A stretch of 64,000 bases of DNA from an uncultured bacterium (GTDB lineage Bacteria; Babelota; Babeliae; Babelales; Vermiphilaceae), in NCBI GenBank assembly GCA_963707655.1, contig OY970172.1, forward strand, positions 739,665 through 803,664. The letters are read 5' to 3'. Of this stretch, positions 1 to 8,494 are shown piece after piece. The number at the start of each line of letters is the position of its first letter. Within the stretch, counting starts at the first letter, position 1. A program made the translations under genes and the position numbers. The notes under the pieces were generated by a model. It searched no databases, had not been told where the DNA came from, and saw only the letters and a program-made list of their open reading frames with translations.

Positions 1-364
1 CTTTTGCAATGGCAATGCGCGAGCGTGGATCTTTTTCATCATCAATTCCCTGCATACTGCCGGAAATATCAAGCACCAACACAATATCAATACCATGCAT
101 GCTGGTTTTCGAATGCACATCTACCAGCTGCGGCATGGGGATAACAAAAATTAAAAGTAAAAATACCACCACGCGCATAAGGGCGAGAATTTTTTTATGC
201 GGATGTGTGGAGGCATGACCATGTGTTTGTAGTTGAGCACCCAATGAGTACTTATAGACGGTCCCCGTGTACCAAAATCTTTTTGCGTACAGTATCAACA
301 GCAAAACGGGGATAAGCAATAAAAACAAGTAAGGATAAACAAATTGGAAAGAAGTAGTGAACAC
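1..364 (-). CDS. VWA-domain membrane protein, BatA-like (N-terminal part only; gene runs off the window start)
   Basis: Absent from the ORF track because it has a GTG start at 362-364 and is cut by the window edge. My minus-strand translation reads MFTTSFQFVYPYLFLLLIPVLLLILYAKRFW (TM segment), then ...GIDIVLVLDISGSMQGIDD. The latter is the DxSxS MIDAS motif of von Willebrand A domains. Confidence 0.6.
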   Translation of the reverse strand, partial: MFTTSFQFVYPYLFLLLIPVLLLILYAKRFWYTGTVYKYSLGAQLQTHGHASTHPHKKILALMRVVVFLLLIFVIPMPQLVDVHSKTSMHGIDIVLVLDISGSMQGIDDEKDPRSRIAIAK

Positions 365-367
365 TTT

Positions 368-1090
368 TTATTCCTTGTTCTGCTCAATGAACCAGCGATG
401 CACTCTATCATGAAAAATTTCATCAGATTCATTGTCGCCTTTATAAAGCGGTTTGCCAACCGTCACGGTTATTGGTGCACAGTGTATCCAAAAAGTATCC
501 GGTGGATAGGCAATGTTTACTCCTTTAATAAAGATCGGCACTACTGGGCGATTCATTTTTTTTGCCAGTATAACAAAGCCGGCAAAAAAATCATGAATTT
601 TGCCATCATCATAGCGCCCACCCTCAGGAAAAATAATTACATGACACCGCTTGCCATTCACCCGCTTTATTGCCGCAATCAGAGTGCGCATGCCTGCTAT
701 AGGACTACTCACATCAACCAAGACGGCAACTTTGGGCAAGATAAAGCGCAAAATAGGGGACGACATCAAGGTATTAATCGCCATCCACACATGCGGGTAG
801 CCACGCAACGCATAAACAAGCAGAGGAATATCCAACGATGATTGATGATTGGCCGCAATAATTGCCGGCTCATGCGGCATGTTTTCCAAACCGCTATAGC
901 TGATCGGCATGCATGAAGTTTTGAGCATCAGCCAACAAAAGCTATATTCGAGCCAATAATAGAATTTTGTTTCAAATCCCCACCTGCGTGGCAATAGAAA
1001 AAGAATGAGCATCGGCGCCAAATAGGTCGCCATGAGAACAAAAAGAATGAACCGAGAAAAAAGTGTTTGAGCTACTACTGCTGCTTTCAT
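368..1090 (-). CDS. plsC: 1-acyl-sn-glycerol-3-phosphate acyltransferase
   Basis: HX4D acyltransferase motif NHQSSLD, second block IIFPEGGR, and an N-terminal TM segment. Confidence 0.85.
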   Translation of the reverse strand: MKAAVVAQTLFSRFILFVLMATYLAPMLILFLLPRRWGFETKFYYWLEYSFCWLMLKTSCMPISYSGLENMPHEPAIIAANHQSSLDIPLLVYALRGYPHVWMAINTLMSSPILRFILPKVAVLVDVSSPIAGMRTLIAAIKRVNGKRCHVIIFPEGGRYDDGKIHDFFAGFVILAKKMNRPVVPIFIKGVNIAYPPDTFWIHCAPITVTVGKPLYKGDNESDEIFHDRVHRWFIEQNKE

Positions 1091-1099
1091 AGATTCCTT

Positions 1100-1846
1100 T
1101 TAAGACTTTTTACCATAATAAAGATTAAATTGATCATGTATTTTTTTGACATAAAAGTTAGTTACATAGCAGATGGGTATCACGAGCGCCAATCCCCCAG
1201 CTATGAGCGTACCCGGCATTACAGATGCCGGCAAATATGCATAGATGGGCCAGAATATAGATTGCACCACCCACAGAGGTAAAAAATAACCAAATAACCA
1301 AAATGGCGCATTGTAGATAAACATTTTAATGGTGCGCCATAATGCCATGAAGCAATTAACAAAGCTCGGCTTGGTATCAACAAAAAAAAGAATCCAAGCC
1401 CACCACAATGGCTGATCTAATTTAAATATGAGATGAAATGAAGGGAACAACCCAAGTTTGAATAACAGAAATCCGAGAGCACTAACAGCCACACCGAACA
1501 GCGCGAGACAAACAACAAAATAAAGAAAATGCTTTTTATACGACAAGAAATAAGAAATATTTTTTTTAAGGGTTGAGGGCCGGGCAGCAAGTATTGTTGC
1601 AAAAAGTAAGAGCAACACAAATAACACAGCAAACGCAAAGACTACTACTGCATAAGCATAAGTGCGCGGAACTACGAAAGAAAAAACAAACAGCGCAGCG
1701 AAAAATAAACCAATAAACAACCCAAGACGAGTTATAAGAGTTTTGTAGGTTTGCACTATAGAATTGAGAGTGACCAATAAAAAAAGCTTAAAGTTTTTTG
1801 GTCGCAGTATCTCGAGTGAATCTTTCCATGCTTCTAACAAATTCAT
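1100..1846 (-). CDS. polytopic integral membrane protein, function unknown
   Basis: 248-aa ORF with about 6 hydrophobic helices. It lies 10 bp upstream of plsC on the same strand. No recognisable motif. Confidence 0.6.
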   Translation of the reverse strand: MNLLEAWKDSLEILRPKNFKLFLLVTLNSIVQTYKTLITRLGLFIGLFFAALFVFSFVVPRTYAYAVVVFAFAVLFVLLLLFATILAARPSTLKKNISYFLSYKKHFLYFVVCLALFGVAVSALGFLLFKLGLFPSFHLIFKLDQPLWWAWILFFVDTKPSFVNCFMALWRTIKMFIYNAPFWLFGYFLPLWVVQSIFWPIYAYLPASVMPGTLIAGGLALVIPICYVTNFYVKKIHDQFNLYYGKKS

Positions 1847-2006
1847 TTATTTCTCCTGAATATTGTATGTAAATTCAGGATTCATTTTACCTCGTTTTTT
1901 ATTTTTTTAAATGTTGGCACAAAAAAAGGAGGAGATTTTGAGTCTCCTCCTTTATAAGTTATATGTACTGTTTCAATACAAAAAATTATGTTTGTTGTTG
2001 AGATTG

Positions 2007-2645
2007 TTATTGATTGGTACCACATTTTTCTTGTTGATCATTGCCGCTTTGCGCTTGCTCAGTCGGGGTAGCATCTTTTTTGGCCATCCAGTCATAGAGC
2101 ATTTTAGCAGTTATCGCAACCAGACCTGTTCCGGCAATTGCGATTGCGAATATTGCTGCTCCTCTATTCACAGCACTCATGCGCCTTGCATGTTCAAAGT
2201 CCATTGCTGCTGCTGAGGAAAGCGCATCTCGCATCTTTTGTACCATCTCATGCTGAACGTCATTTTCTACACAAAGGTCAAGATATTCAACTATATCATG
2301 ATAGTTACAATAGCAGGTCATTTTTTTTGTAACGTCCCAAAACCTAGCCTCTTTGCCGTAAAACTCGATATGGTCTATTTGAAAGGATAAAAATCGCAGC
2401 AAGCTCTCGCCCATGGTCTCAAGAGATTGAGTACTTTCTGGATTACAAAAACGCTTCTTATTCTCTAAATAAGAGTCTATGTTAAACATTTTTTGCATAG
2501 CGCTCACCGTTGCGTCTCCGGCAATCTGATCCATGGCAAAGCTGTTGCTACAAAAGGTGATCCAAGTCAAAATTACCAATGCCAGGCGATTAAATTTATT
2601 ATTATTCATAACATTCCATCCATTAAAATAATTGATAATTATCAC
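2007..2645 (-). CDS. hypothetical protein with N-terminal signal-like segment and C-terminal TM anchor
   Basis: Signal-like LALVILTWITFCSNSFA and a C-terminal hydrophobic stretch AAIFAIAIAGTGLVAITA. The true start may be the internal MNNNK at about 2609. Confidence 0.55.
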   Translation of the reverse strand: MIIINYFNGWNVMNNNKFNRLALVILTWITFCSNSFAMDQIAGDATVSAMQKMFNIDSYLENKKRFCNPESTQSLETMGESLLRFLSFQIDHIEFYGKEARFWDVTKKMTCYCNYHDIVEYLDLCVENDVQHEMVQKMRDALSSAAAMDFEHARRMSAVNRGAAIFAIAIAGTGLVAITAKMLYDWMAKKDATPTEQAQSGNDQQEKCGTNQ

Positions 2646-3023
2646 ACTTATATATATTTTTCATTTTAGGCTGATTCAAAAAAAAGTCAACTTGAATTTA
2701 ACGCGCGACTCTCATTGAAACCTTATGTCCAGGTTTTCTCCCCCATCTTAGCGGGAATGGGCCAAAAACTTTTTTGAGAGCCATAAGAGGAAAACCTTGA
2801 GTGCTCCAGCGCCCTGACCTCCCTTCAATTCCTAATGAGCATTATTAATTGATGTTTTTTACCCATTTGGCCGATTATTTGACTTTTAGAAAATTTTTCA
2901 CATATTATAAAAAAGAGTAGTAGACAAAATAAGCTCACATGATACAAATATACATTACTTTTTACTATTCCAACCAAACACGACAAAAGGGTTTTACCCC
3001 ATTATTAGGGATTATAATTATTT

Positions 3024-5277
3024 ATGAAAAAATTATTAATTGTAGAGTCACCCGCCAAAATTAAAACGATTACCAAGTTCTTGGGAAAAGATTTCAAGAT
3101 CATGTCCACTATGGGCCATGTCAAGGATCTTCCTACCAAAGAGCTGGGGGTGACCATTAATAAATCTATAAATATTGATTATGTTCCCATTAAGAACAAA
3201 GAGAAAACTATTGCGGAAATCTGCAAAGCTGCTTCAACTTCTGATGAAATCTATTTAGCGCCCGATCCTGACCGTGAGGGTGAAATTATTGCCTGGCACA
3301 TTGAGCAGGAAATACAAAAAGTCGTTAAAAATAAGGCAAAAATTCATCGCATCACCTTTAACGAAATTACCAAACCGGCCATGCTTGAAGCAATTGATCA
3401 CCCGGGAGATGTTGATCTTGATAAAGTTGCCGCTCAACAAGCACGCCGCGTGCTTGATCGCTGGGTGGGCTATGAAGTATCCCCTATTTTATGGAAAAAA
3501 TTAGCTCCGGGCCTTTCTGCCGGGCGCGTGCAATCTGTTGCTCTCCGCCTGATTGCCGATCGTGAAGAAGCTATTCGCGCCTTTAAGCCAGAAGAATATT
3601 GGACCGTTGTCGGCCAATTTTTACATGGTAAAGATTCTATTGAAGCAGAACTGACTGAAATAGGCAAAAATAAAGCTGAAATCAAAAATCAACAGCAAGC
3701 TGATGAGCTGGTTGAAAACATCCAAAAAGAAAGCTATGTTATTGATTCGATTATTGATAAAGCAACGCACCAAAAATCCACTGCCTCCATTTATGACCAG
3801 TACTTTGCAGCAGGCAGCATTTAATCGCTTGGGCTTCAGTGTTAAAAAAACCATGCAAGTTGCCCAACAATTATATGAAGGTATGCCGCTAGAAGACGAA
3901 GCACTCCCGTTGCGTTAATTACCTATATGCGTACCGATTCGTTCCGCCTTTCTGATACGGCGTTAAAACAAGCGCGCGATTTTATTGGCAAAAATTTTGA
4001 TAAAGAATATTTGCCCAAAGAGCACAACGTTTATGAAAAAGCAAAAGGAAAAGGCAAAGCAGCTGCAGCGCAAGATGCTCACGAAGCGGTGCGTCCGATT
4101 AATGTGAACATCACTCCTGAGAAAGCACATAAATATCTACCCAAAGATGTTGCAAAGCTTTATGAACTTATTTGGAAGCGCTTTGTTGCCTGCCAAATGA
4201 AGCCAGCATTATATGCACAGCGCCAAGTGGTTATTAAAGGGGGAGAATTTACCTTTAAAGTCACCGGTTCAACCCTCATATTTGATGGATTCTTGAAAGT
4301 GTACGCCGCGGACGAAGATGAAAAAGAAGACAAAGAATTATTCCTCAAGGGCTTAAAGCTAAAGAAAAAGTTAATCTTAAAAAAGTGATGCCAAAGCAGC
4401 ATTTTACTCAACCGCCACCACGATATACTGAAGCTTCATTGGTCAAAGAGATGGAAAAAGAGGGCATTGGCCGACCAAGTACCTATGCCACTATCATGAA
4501 CACTATTCAGGCGCGCCACTATACCGCTCTTGATACAAAAAAAGATTTACTCCGACTGAACTGGGAATGACGGTAACCAAAATTTTGGTTGAAAATTTAC
4601 CAAAGATTATGGATCTCAAGTTCACGGCACATATGGAAGAAGATCTTGATAAAATTGCTCAAGGTGATCTTGATCGAGATACGTTATTGCGCGGGTTTTA
4701 TGAAGCGTTCCAGCAAGATGTAAAAGAATTCAAAGGCAAAGATGGTAAAAAAGTTGCCGAACCGACCGACATTACCTGTCCAGAATGTGAAAAACCCAAT
4801 CTGGTGATTCGATTTGGAAAAGCAGGAGAATTTTTGGGTTGCCCAGATTATCCTGATTGCGCGTTTACTACCAATTTTAAACGTGATGAAAAAGGGGATA
4901 TTGAAATTGTAAAAACTGAGGGCCCTAAACTGCTCGATGAAAAATGTCCAAAATGCGGCAAACATCTGCGCCAGGTTATTGGTAAGTTTGGTCCCTTCGT
5001 TGCCTGTTCAGGGTATCCTGACTGCAAATATATTAAGCAAAAAAAGGCGGAAGTTCCCTGCTTATCATGTGGCGGCTCATTGGTTGAACGTCGTTGGCGC
5101 GGCGGTACTTTCTGGGGATGTTCAAACTATCCAAAATGTAAGTTCGCCGTATTTGGTGATATTGAAGAAACCCCATGTCCGCAGTGTTCGCGCGCTTACA
5201 TGGCAAAGAAAGTTGATAAACAAGGAAACGCAACCCTGCTTTGCACCGATAAAAAATGTGGGTACAAAAGTAGTTAA
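3024..5277 (+). pseudogene. topA: DNA topoisomerase I; reading frame interrupted at least 4 times (5 ORF fragments)
   Basis: Toprim N-terminus [34 protein letters not shown] (active-site Tyr motif) and [13 protein letters not shown]. There are four C-terminal CxxC...C zinc ribbons (CPECEKP, CPKCGK, CLSCGG, CPQCS). The pieces lie in frames 0/1/0/2/1, with junctions near 3760, 3900, 4380 and 4545. Confidence 0.9.
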
Positions 5278-5311
5278 AAATAAATAACAAAAAAGAAAAA
5301 AAGGAGAAGAA

Positions 5312-5770
5312 ATGAAGAAGCTGCTCGTATTAATTCTTGGACTCTGCGCAACGCATGCTATGCAACAAAACCAAAAGCCATCTGCCGATGTTATGGCTTT
5401 ACTTAATCAACATCAGCAGGAACTAAATGCGCTTATTAGATTGGCGCGCCAAGATCAAAATCAACAGATAAAAAATGCTGCCAATCAGGTTGTGCACATT
5501 CAAAATCAACTTAACCAGATGCAGCATAGCGCAGCCGGCACCGCTTCACAAGGGGACCAACCACCTGCTGCGGTAAAAAAACTTGTTGAACAGCATCAAC
5601 AAGCGATACAAAACCTTATTAAACAGGCTCAAGGGGCCGGATCTGCTCAAGTCAAACAAGCCGCACAAAAACTTGAAGCAACACAAAATAATATACGCAA
5701 CAAGATGGAAAATTCATCGCAATCAAACGCCAATATTCGCCAACGCAAATTAGCAACTAGAATTCAATAA
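5312..5770 (+). CDS. secreted Gln-rich coiled-coil protein, unknown function
   Basis: Signal peptide MKKLLVLILGLCATHA. The Q/N/A-rich sequence contains an internal repeat (QHQQELNALIRLA / QHQQAIQNLIKQA). Confidence 0.6.
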   Translation: MKKLLVLILGLCATHAMQQNQKPSADVMALLNQHQQELNALIRLARQDQNQQIKNAANQVVHIQNQLNQMQHSAAGTASQGDQPPAAVKKLVEQHQQAIQNLIKQAQGAGSAQVKQAAQKLEATQNNIRNKMENSSQSNANIRQRKLATRIQ

Positions 5771-5780
5771 TTAAAAAAAA

Positions 5781-5820
5781 GATAGCGGAGCATCTCTATA
5801 ATGCCCCGCTATCTTTTTTT
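5781..5820. terminator. bidirectional Rho-independent terminator between convergent genes
   Basis: The arm GATAGCGG (5781-5788) pairs with CCGCTATC (5806-5813). An A-run lies upstream (5773-5780) and a T-run downstream (5814-5820). Confidence 0.6.
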
Positions 5821-5840
5821 GTGTCTTTTTTATCGCGCTG

Positions 5841-6566
5841 CTATTTTTTTGCCGCTGGTGCTGGCGCGCTGCTGGTCGCGGCAGTCTTTTTCTTCTTTGT
5901 GCCAAAGCAACCCTTAACATCTTGCTCTACCTCTTCCACACCAATCTTAAGTCTAGCCGCCAAATCTGCTTCAAGTTCTCCTATCCTGGCTTCATATTCT
6001 TCTGCTTGTGCTGCTGCTTTCTTTCGCGCTGCAGATAACTTTGTTTTCAGCGCAGCAATTTGTGGTGCGAACTTTGCTTCCAACGCAGCTAAATCCGCTT
6101 TCGCTGTTTCAAAATCAGTCTCTAATGTTATTACTTGTGGCGCAAGTAGTGCCGCTAAAGACAAAACCCCTTCAACCGCCGCACCGATCGCATCAACGCC
6201 GGTTTCAACTGCCGCAACTTGTGGCACGTACGTGCCTACTGTACCGGCAAAGGCATTAAATGTTGTTAATGCTGAGGCAAGATCATTCTTGTAACCATTT
6301 ATCTGCGTTGCTATAGCGGCCGCTTTAGCTTCCGATGTAGCAGCGCTGCTGCCCGGAATTGCTGGAATGGTTACGCCGGTCAGTGCCGAGCTTACTTTTG
6401 CAGTTTCTGAAGAGACGGCCGCAGCCGCTGCTTCTACCCCTACCGCCGAGCGTGTAGTCTTTCTTCCATTACTGGCAATCTTCAGAGCCGATGATGATTT
6501 TTCTGAACCCATGCTTGAAGCTGCAAAACATATAAGAGAAACTATACATAGATAATGCATTTTCAT
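5841..6566 (-). CDS. secreted Ala-rich coiled-coil protein, unknown function
   Basis: Signal peptide MKMHYLCIVSLICFAASS followed by an Ala-rich helical sequence with a Lys-rich tail. Locally GC-rich. The plus-strand ORF 5821-6294 is its antisense shadow. Confidence 0.6.
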   Translation of the reverse strand: MKMHYLCIVSLICFAASSMGSEKSSSALKIASNGRKTTRSAVGVEAAAAAVSSETAKVSSALTGVTIPAIPGSSAATSEAKAAAIATQINGYKNDLASALTTFNAFAGTVGTYVPQVAAVETGVDAIGAAVEGVLSLAALLAPQVITLETDFETAKADLAALEAKFAPQIAALKTKLSAARKKAAAQAEEYEARIGELEADLAARLKIGVEEVEQDVKGCFGTKKKKTAATSSAPAPAAKK

Positions 6567-6699
6567 AGAGAAACTCCTTAAAAAAGAGGATACCGCTACA
6601 ACGACACACCATGTATACCATTAACAGTCTTCATTTTTCTACAAAATGCAATTTTCAGGCAAAAAGCTTATTAAGCTCATGCTATCGAGCATGCGTTTT

Positions 6700-6752
6700 G
6701 AAGTTTTATAGATTCAAGAATTGGCTGTATGCATGCTGAGAAATTGTTGAAG
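6700..6752 (+). repeat. 53-bp intergenic repeat, copy 1 (51/53 identical to 12827-12879, same orientation)
   Basis: GAAGTTTTATAGATTCAAGAATTGGCTGTATGCATGCTGAGAAATTGTTGAAG, aligned by eye to copy 2 with 2 mismatches. Confidence 0.85.
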
Positions 6753-6810
6753 AAAAAACATTTTTAGTTTTCTTCATAATTTGAATTTTTTTAGATTGTA
6801 CAGCGCATGA

Positions 6811-6845
6811 TATTAAAAATAAACGGGCTCGATGTTCGAGCCCGT
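6811..6845 (-). terminator. Rho-independent terminator of the 6868-7527 gene
   Basis: 10-bp stem ACGGGCTCGA/TCGAGCCCGT (6823-6832 / 6836-6845) with a 3-nt loop. On the minus strand it is followed by TTATTTTTAATA. Confidence 0.7.
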
Positions 6846-6867
6846 CCAACAAAAATGTATTCAAAAA

Positions 6868-7527
6868 TTAACTAATAACGCATGAACTCCGTGGAACGAG
6901 CAAACTATCTTCATCTTCTCGACCATTTTCAACAGCATGAGCCATTTGTTGTATACGCTGCTCAAGCGCAACAAACTCTCCTAAATCTGTAGCGTTGTTG
7001 TGTGCAAGATTGATCCTATACACATCGCCTTCCTTTAAAGCTTGGACAAGAGCTGAACGGTTCTGTGCAATGTGTGACAGCTCTTGACTTCTTATAGGGC
7101 GCAAAAAATCATATAAACGAAGCATTTGAAATTGACTCTTATCTATCTCGCTTAAATTGTTGCGTAAATATTGCAGCCTTTCAAATCGTGACAAGCCCCA
7201 TAGTTTTATCTGTACTGCCATTTGCTCATCACCATCAGCCATCCAACGCGCTATACTATTTATCCGAATTAATGTGTTATGCGCCTCTTCTAGCGAGGTT
7301 TCATATATTTGAGATGAGTCTCTATAATCATTATAAGCAAGACTCTTCTTCGTTAGCACTTCTTTTGCTTGCAATTTTCCCGCCATGAAAGCTTCTATTA
7401 ATGAAATCAAGTTTCTCATGCCCGAATCTTCGACAGCATTCTGCTGAATTGCAGTTTTAGAACCGGTATCACTCATCCCATAAGCAGACAAACTCAATAG
7501 CAAGCTACACAATAAGATACTTTTCAT
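6868..7527 (-). CDS. secreted helical protein, unknown function
   Basis: Signal peptide MKSILLCSLLLSLSAYG. 219 aa with no recognisable motif. Confidence 0.55.
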   Translation of the reverse strand: MKSILLCSLLLSLSAYGMSDTGSKTAIQQNAVEDSGMRNLISLIEAFMAGKLQAKEVLTKKSLAYNDYRDSSQIYETSLEEAHNTLIRINSIARWMADGDEQMAVQIKLWGLSRFERLQYLRNNLSEIDKSQFQMLRLYDFLRPIRSQELSHIAQNRSALVQALKEGDVYRINLAHNNATDLGEFVALEQRIQQMAHAVENGREDEDSLLVPRSSCVIS

Positions 7528-7886
7528 TTTTTTCTTCCTACAGTGAAATATGGTGACAAAAATTATGACATACGCCCTATATTATACATTTATACGATCT
7601 TTACGCAAAATGCTTTGAGCAAAATACATAGCTGCTAGTGCGCATAATGGTCAATTCTTTGAGACTTAAAAGACCAAGCTTACTTTTGATGGATATAGTG
7701 CAACAACATTTTTCAGAATCCTTTATTTTTCTCTTAGCTTCCTTCTATAATCATAATGCAAAGGGTTATATAACGATCAATGCAAAAAAAGAAGCTTTGA
7801 AACAGTTCAGCCCGCATCATTTATGCATATTGATGAAGTGAATATTCTGTCATAACCTTTATGAGTATTACCCCTACAATCATGAA

Positions 7887-8477
7887 CTAAAATGCATAAC
7901 CCAAGCTTGCGCCAAATGCAAATCCACCTATTTGCATCCTGCCATTGCTGAATACATTTGCCATCTTTGGACAGACTCTTTTCTTTTCATACGAATATTC
8001 GCCGAAAATGCCGAGTGAGAAACAATCGGCGAGCAACACATTAAAACCGGTATTGGCAAATAAGCCGATACCACTGCCTTTGATTACGCAGTCAACATAC
8101 GGTGAATTGTTGTGTTGATGAAAGTGGAAGTAGCGTGGCCCTATTGCAAAGAAATAGTAAAAGCGTTCACAGAAATTTACTATGGGCCTTAAACCAATAT
8201 CAACCGGTACTACAGCCAAGCTTGTTTTTTCGCAGGAGTTCAATGCATGGCCCCGTGCGTGGCGATAGCCGATGCTGCCATAAAGATCAAGATAATCACA
8301 TAAAGGGAGCGATACACTCCCTTGAATTTCAAAGCCACCATGATTGTAGATGTTCTTAAGCGGAGATGCAGAAAAGAAAAAGTAGCTTGGCTTTATTTCG
8401 AGCAACGGTGTCACATCGGACGCATACTGTGTCAATGCGCACAGCAGCAGAGAAAGTCGGGCGATTTTTTTATACAT
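7887..8477 (-). CDS. small outer-membrane beta-barrel protein (OmpA-like/opacity-type barrel)
   Basis: Signal peptide, alternating hydrophobic beta-strand pattern with Gly/aromatic girdles, and a C-terminal GASLGYAF ending in Phe, typical of BAM substrates. The start is probably the ATG at 8477 (AAGGA Shine-Dalgarno (SD) sequence upstream); the track's GTG at 8498 is the alternative. Confidence 0.65.
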   Translation of the reverse strand: MYKKIARLSLLLCALTQYASDVTPLLEIKPSYFFFSASPLKNIYNHGGFEIQGSVSLPLCDYLDLYGSIGYRHARGHALNSCEKTSLAVVPVDIGLRPIVNFCERFYYFFAIGPRYFHFHQHNNSPYVDCVIKGSGIGLFANTGFNVLLADCFSLGIFGEYSYEKKRVCPKMANVFSNGRMQIGGFAFGASLGYAF

Positions 8478-8494
8478 ACTCATATCCTTTATTT

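Noticed and set aside
2800-2825. AGGUCAGG-like string on the minus strand, reminiscent of SRP RNA helix 8
   Set aside because: The following bases do not form the conserved GNRA-capped helix or contain the AGCA motif. The resemblance is likely due to chance.
5821-6294. 157-aa plus-strand Ala/Ser-rich ORF
   Set aside because: It is the antisense of the Ala-rich secreted gene (GCN codons read as NGC/AGC). The minus-strand ORF has a proper signal peptide and terminator context.
7638-7841. 67-aa plus-strand ORF in the 7528-7886 spacer
   Set aside because: It has no SD, no signal, an odd composition, and sits in an AT-rich promoter region between two minus-strand genes. It is likely spurious.
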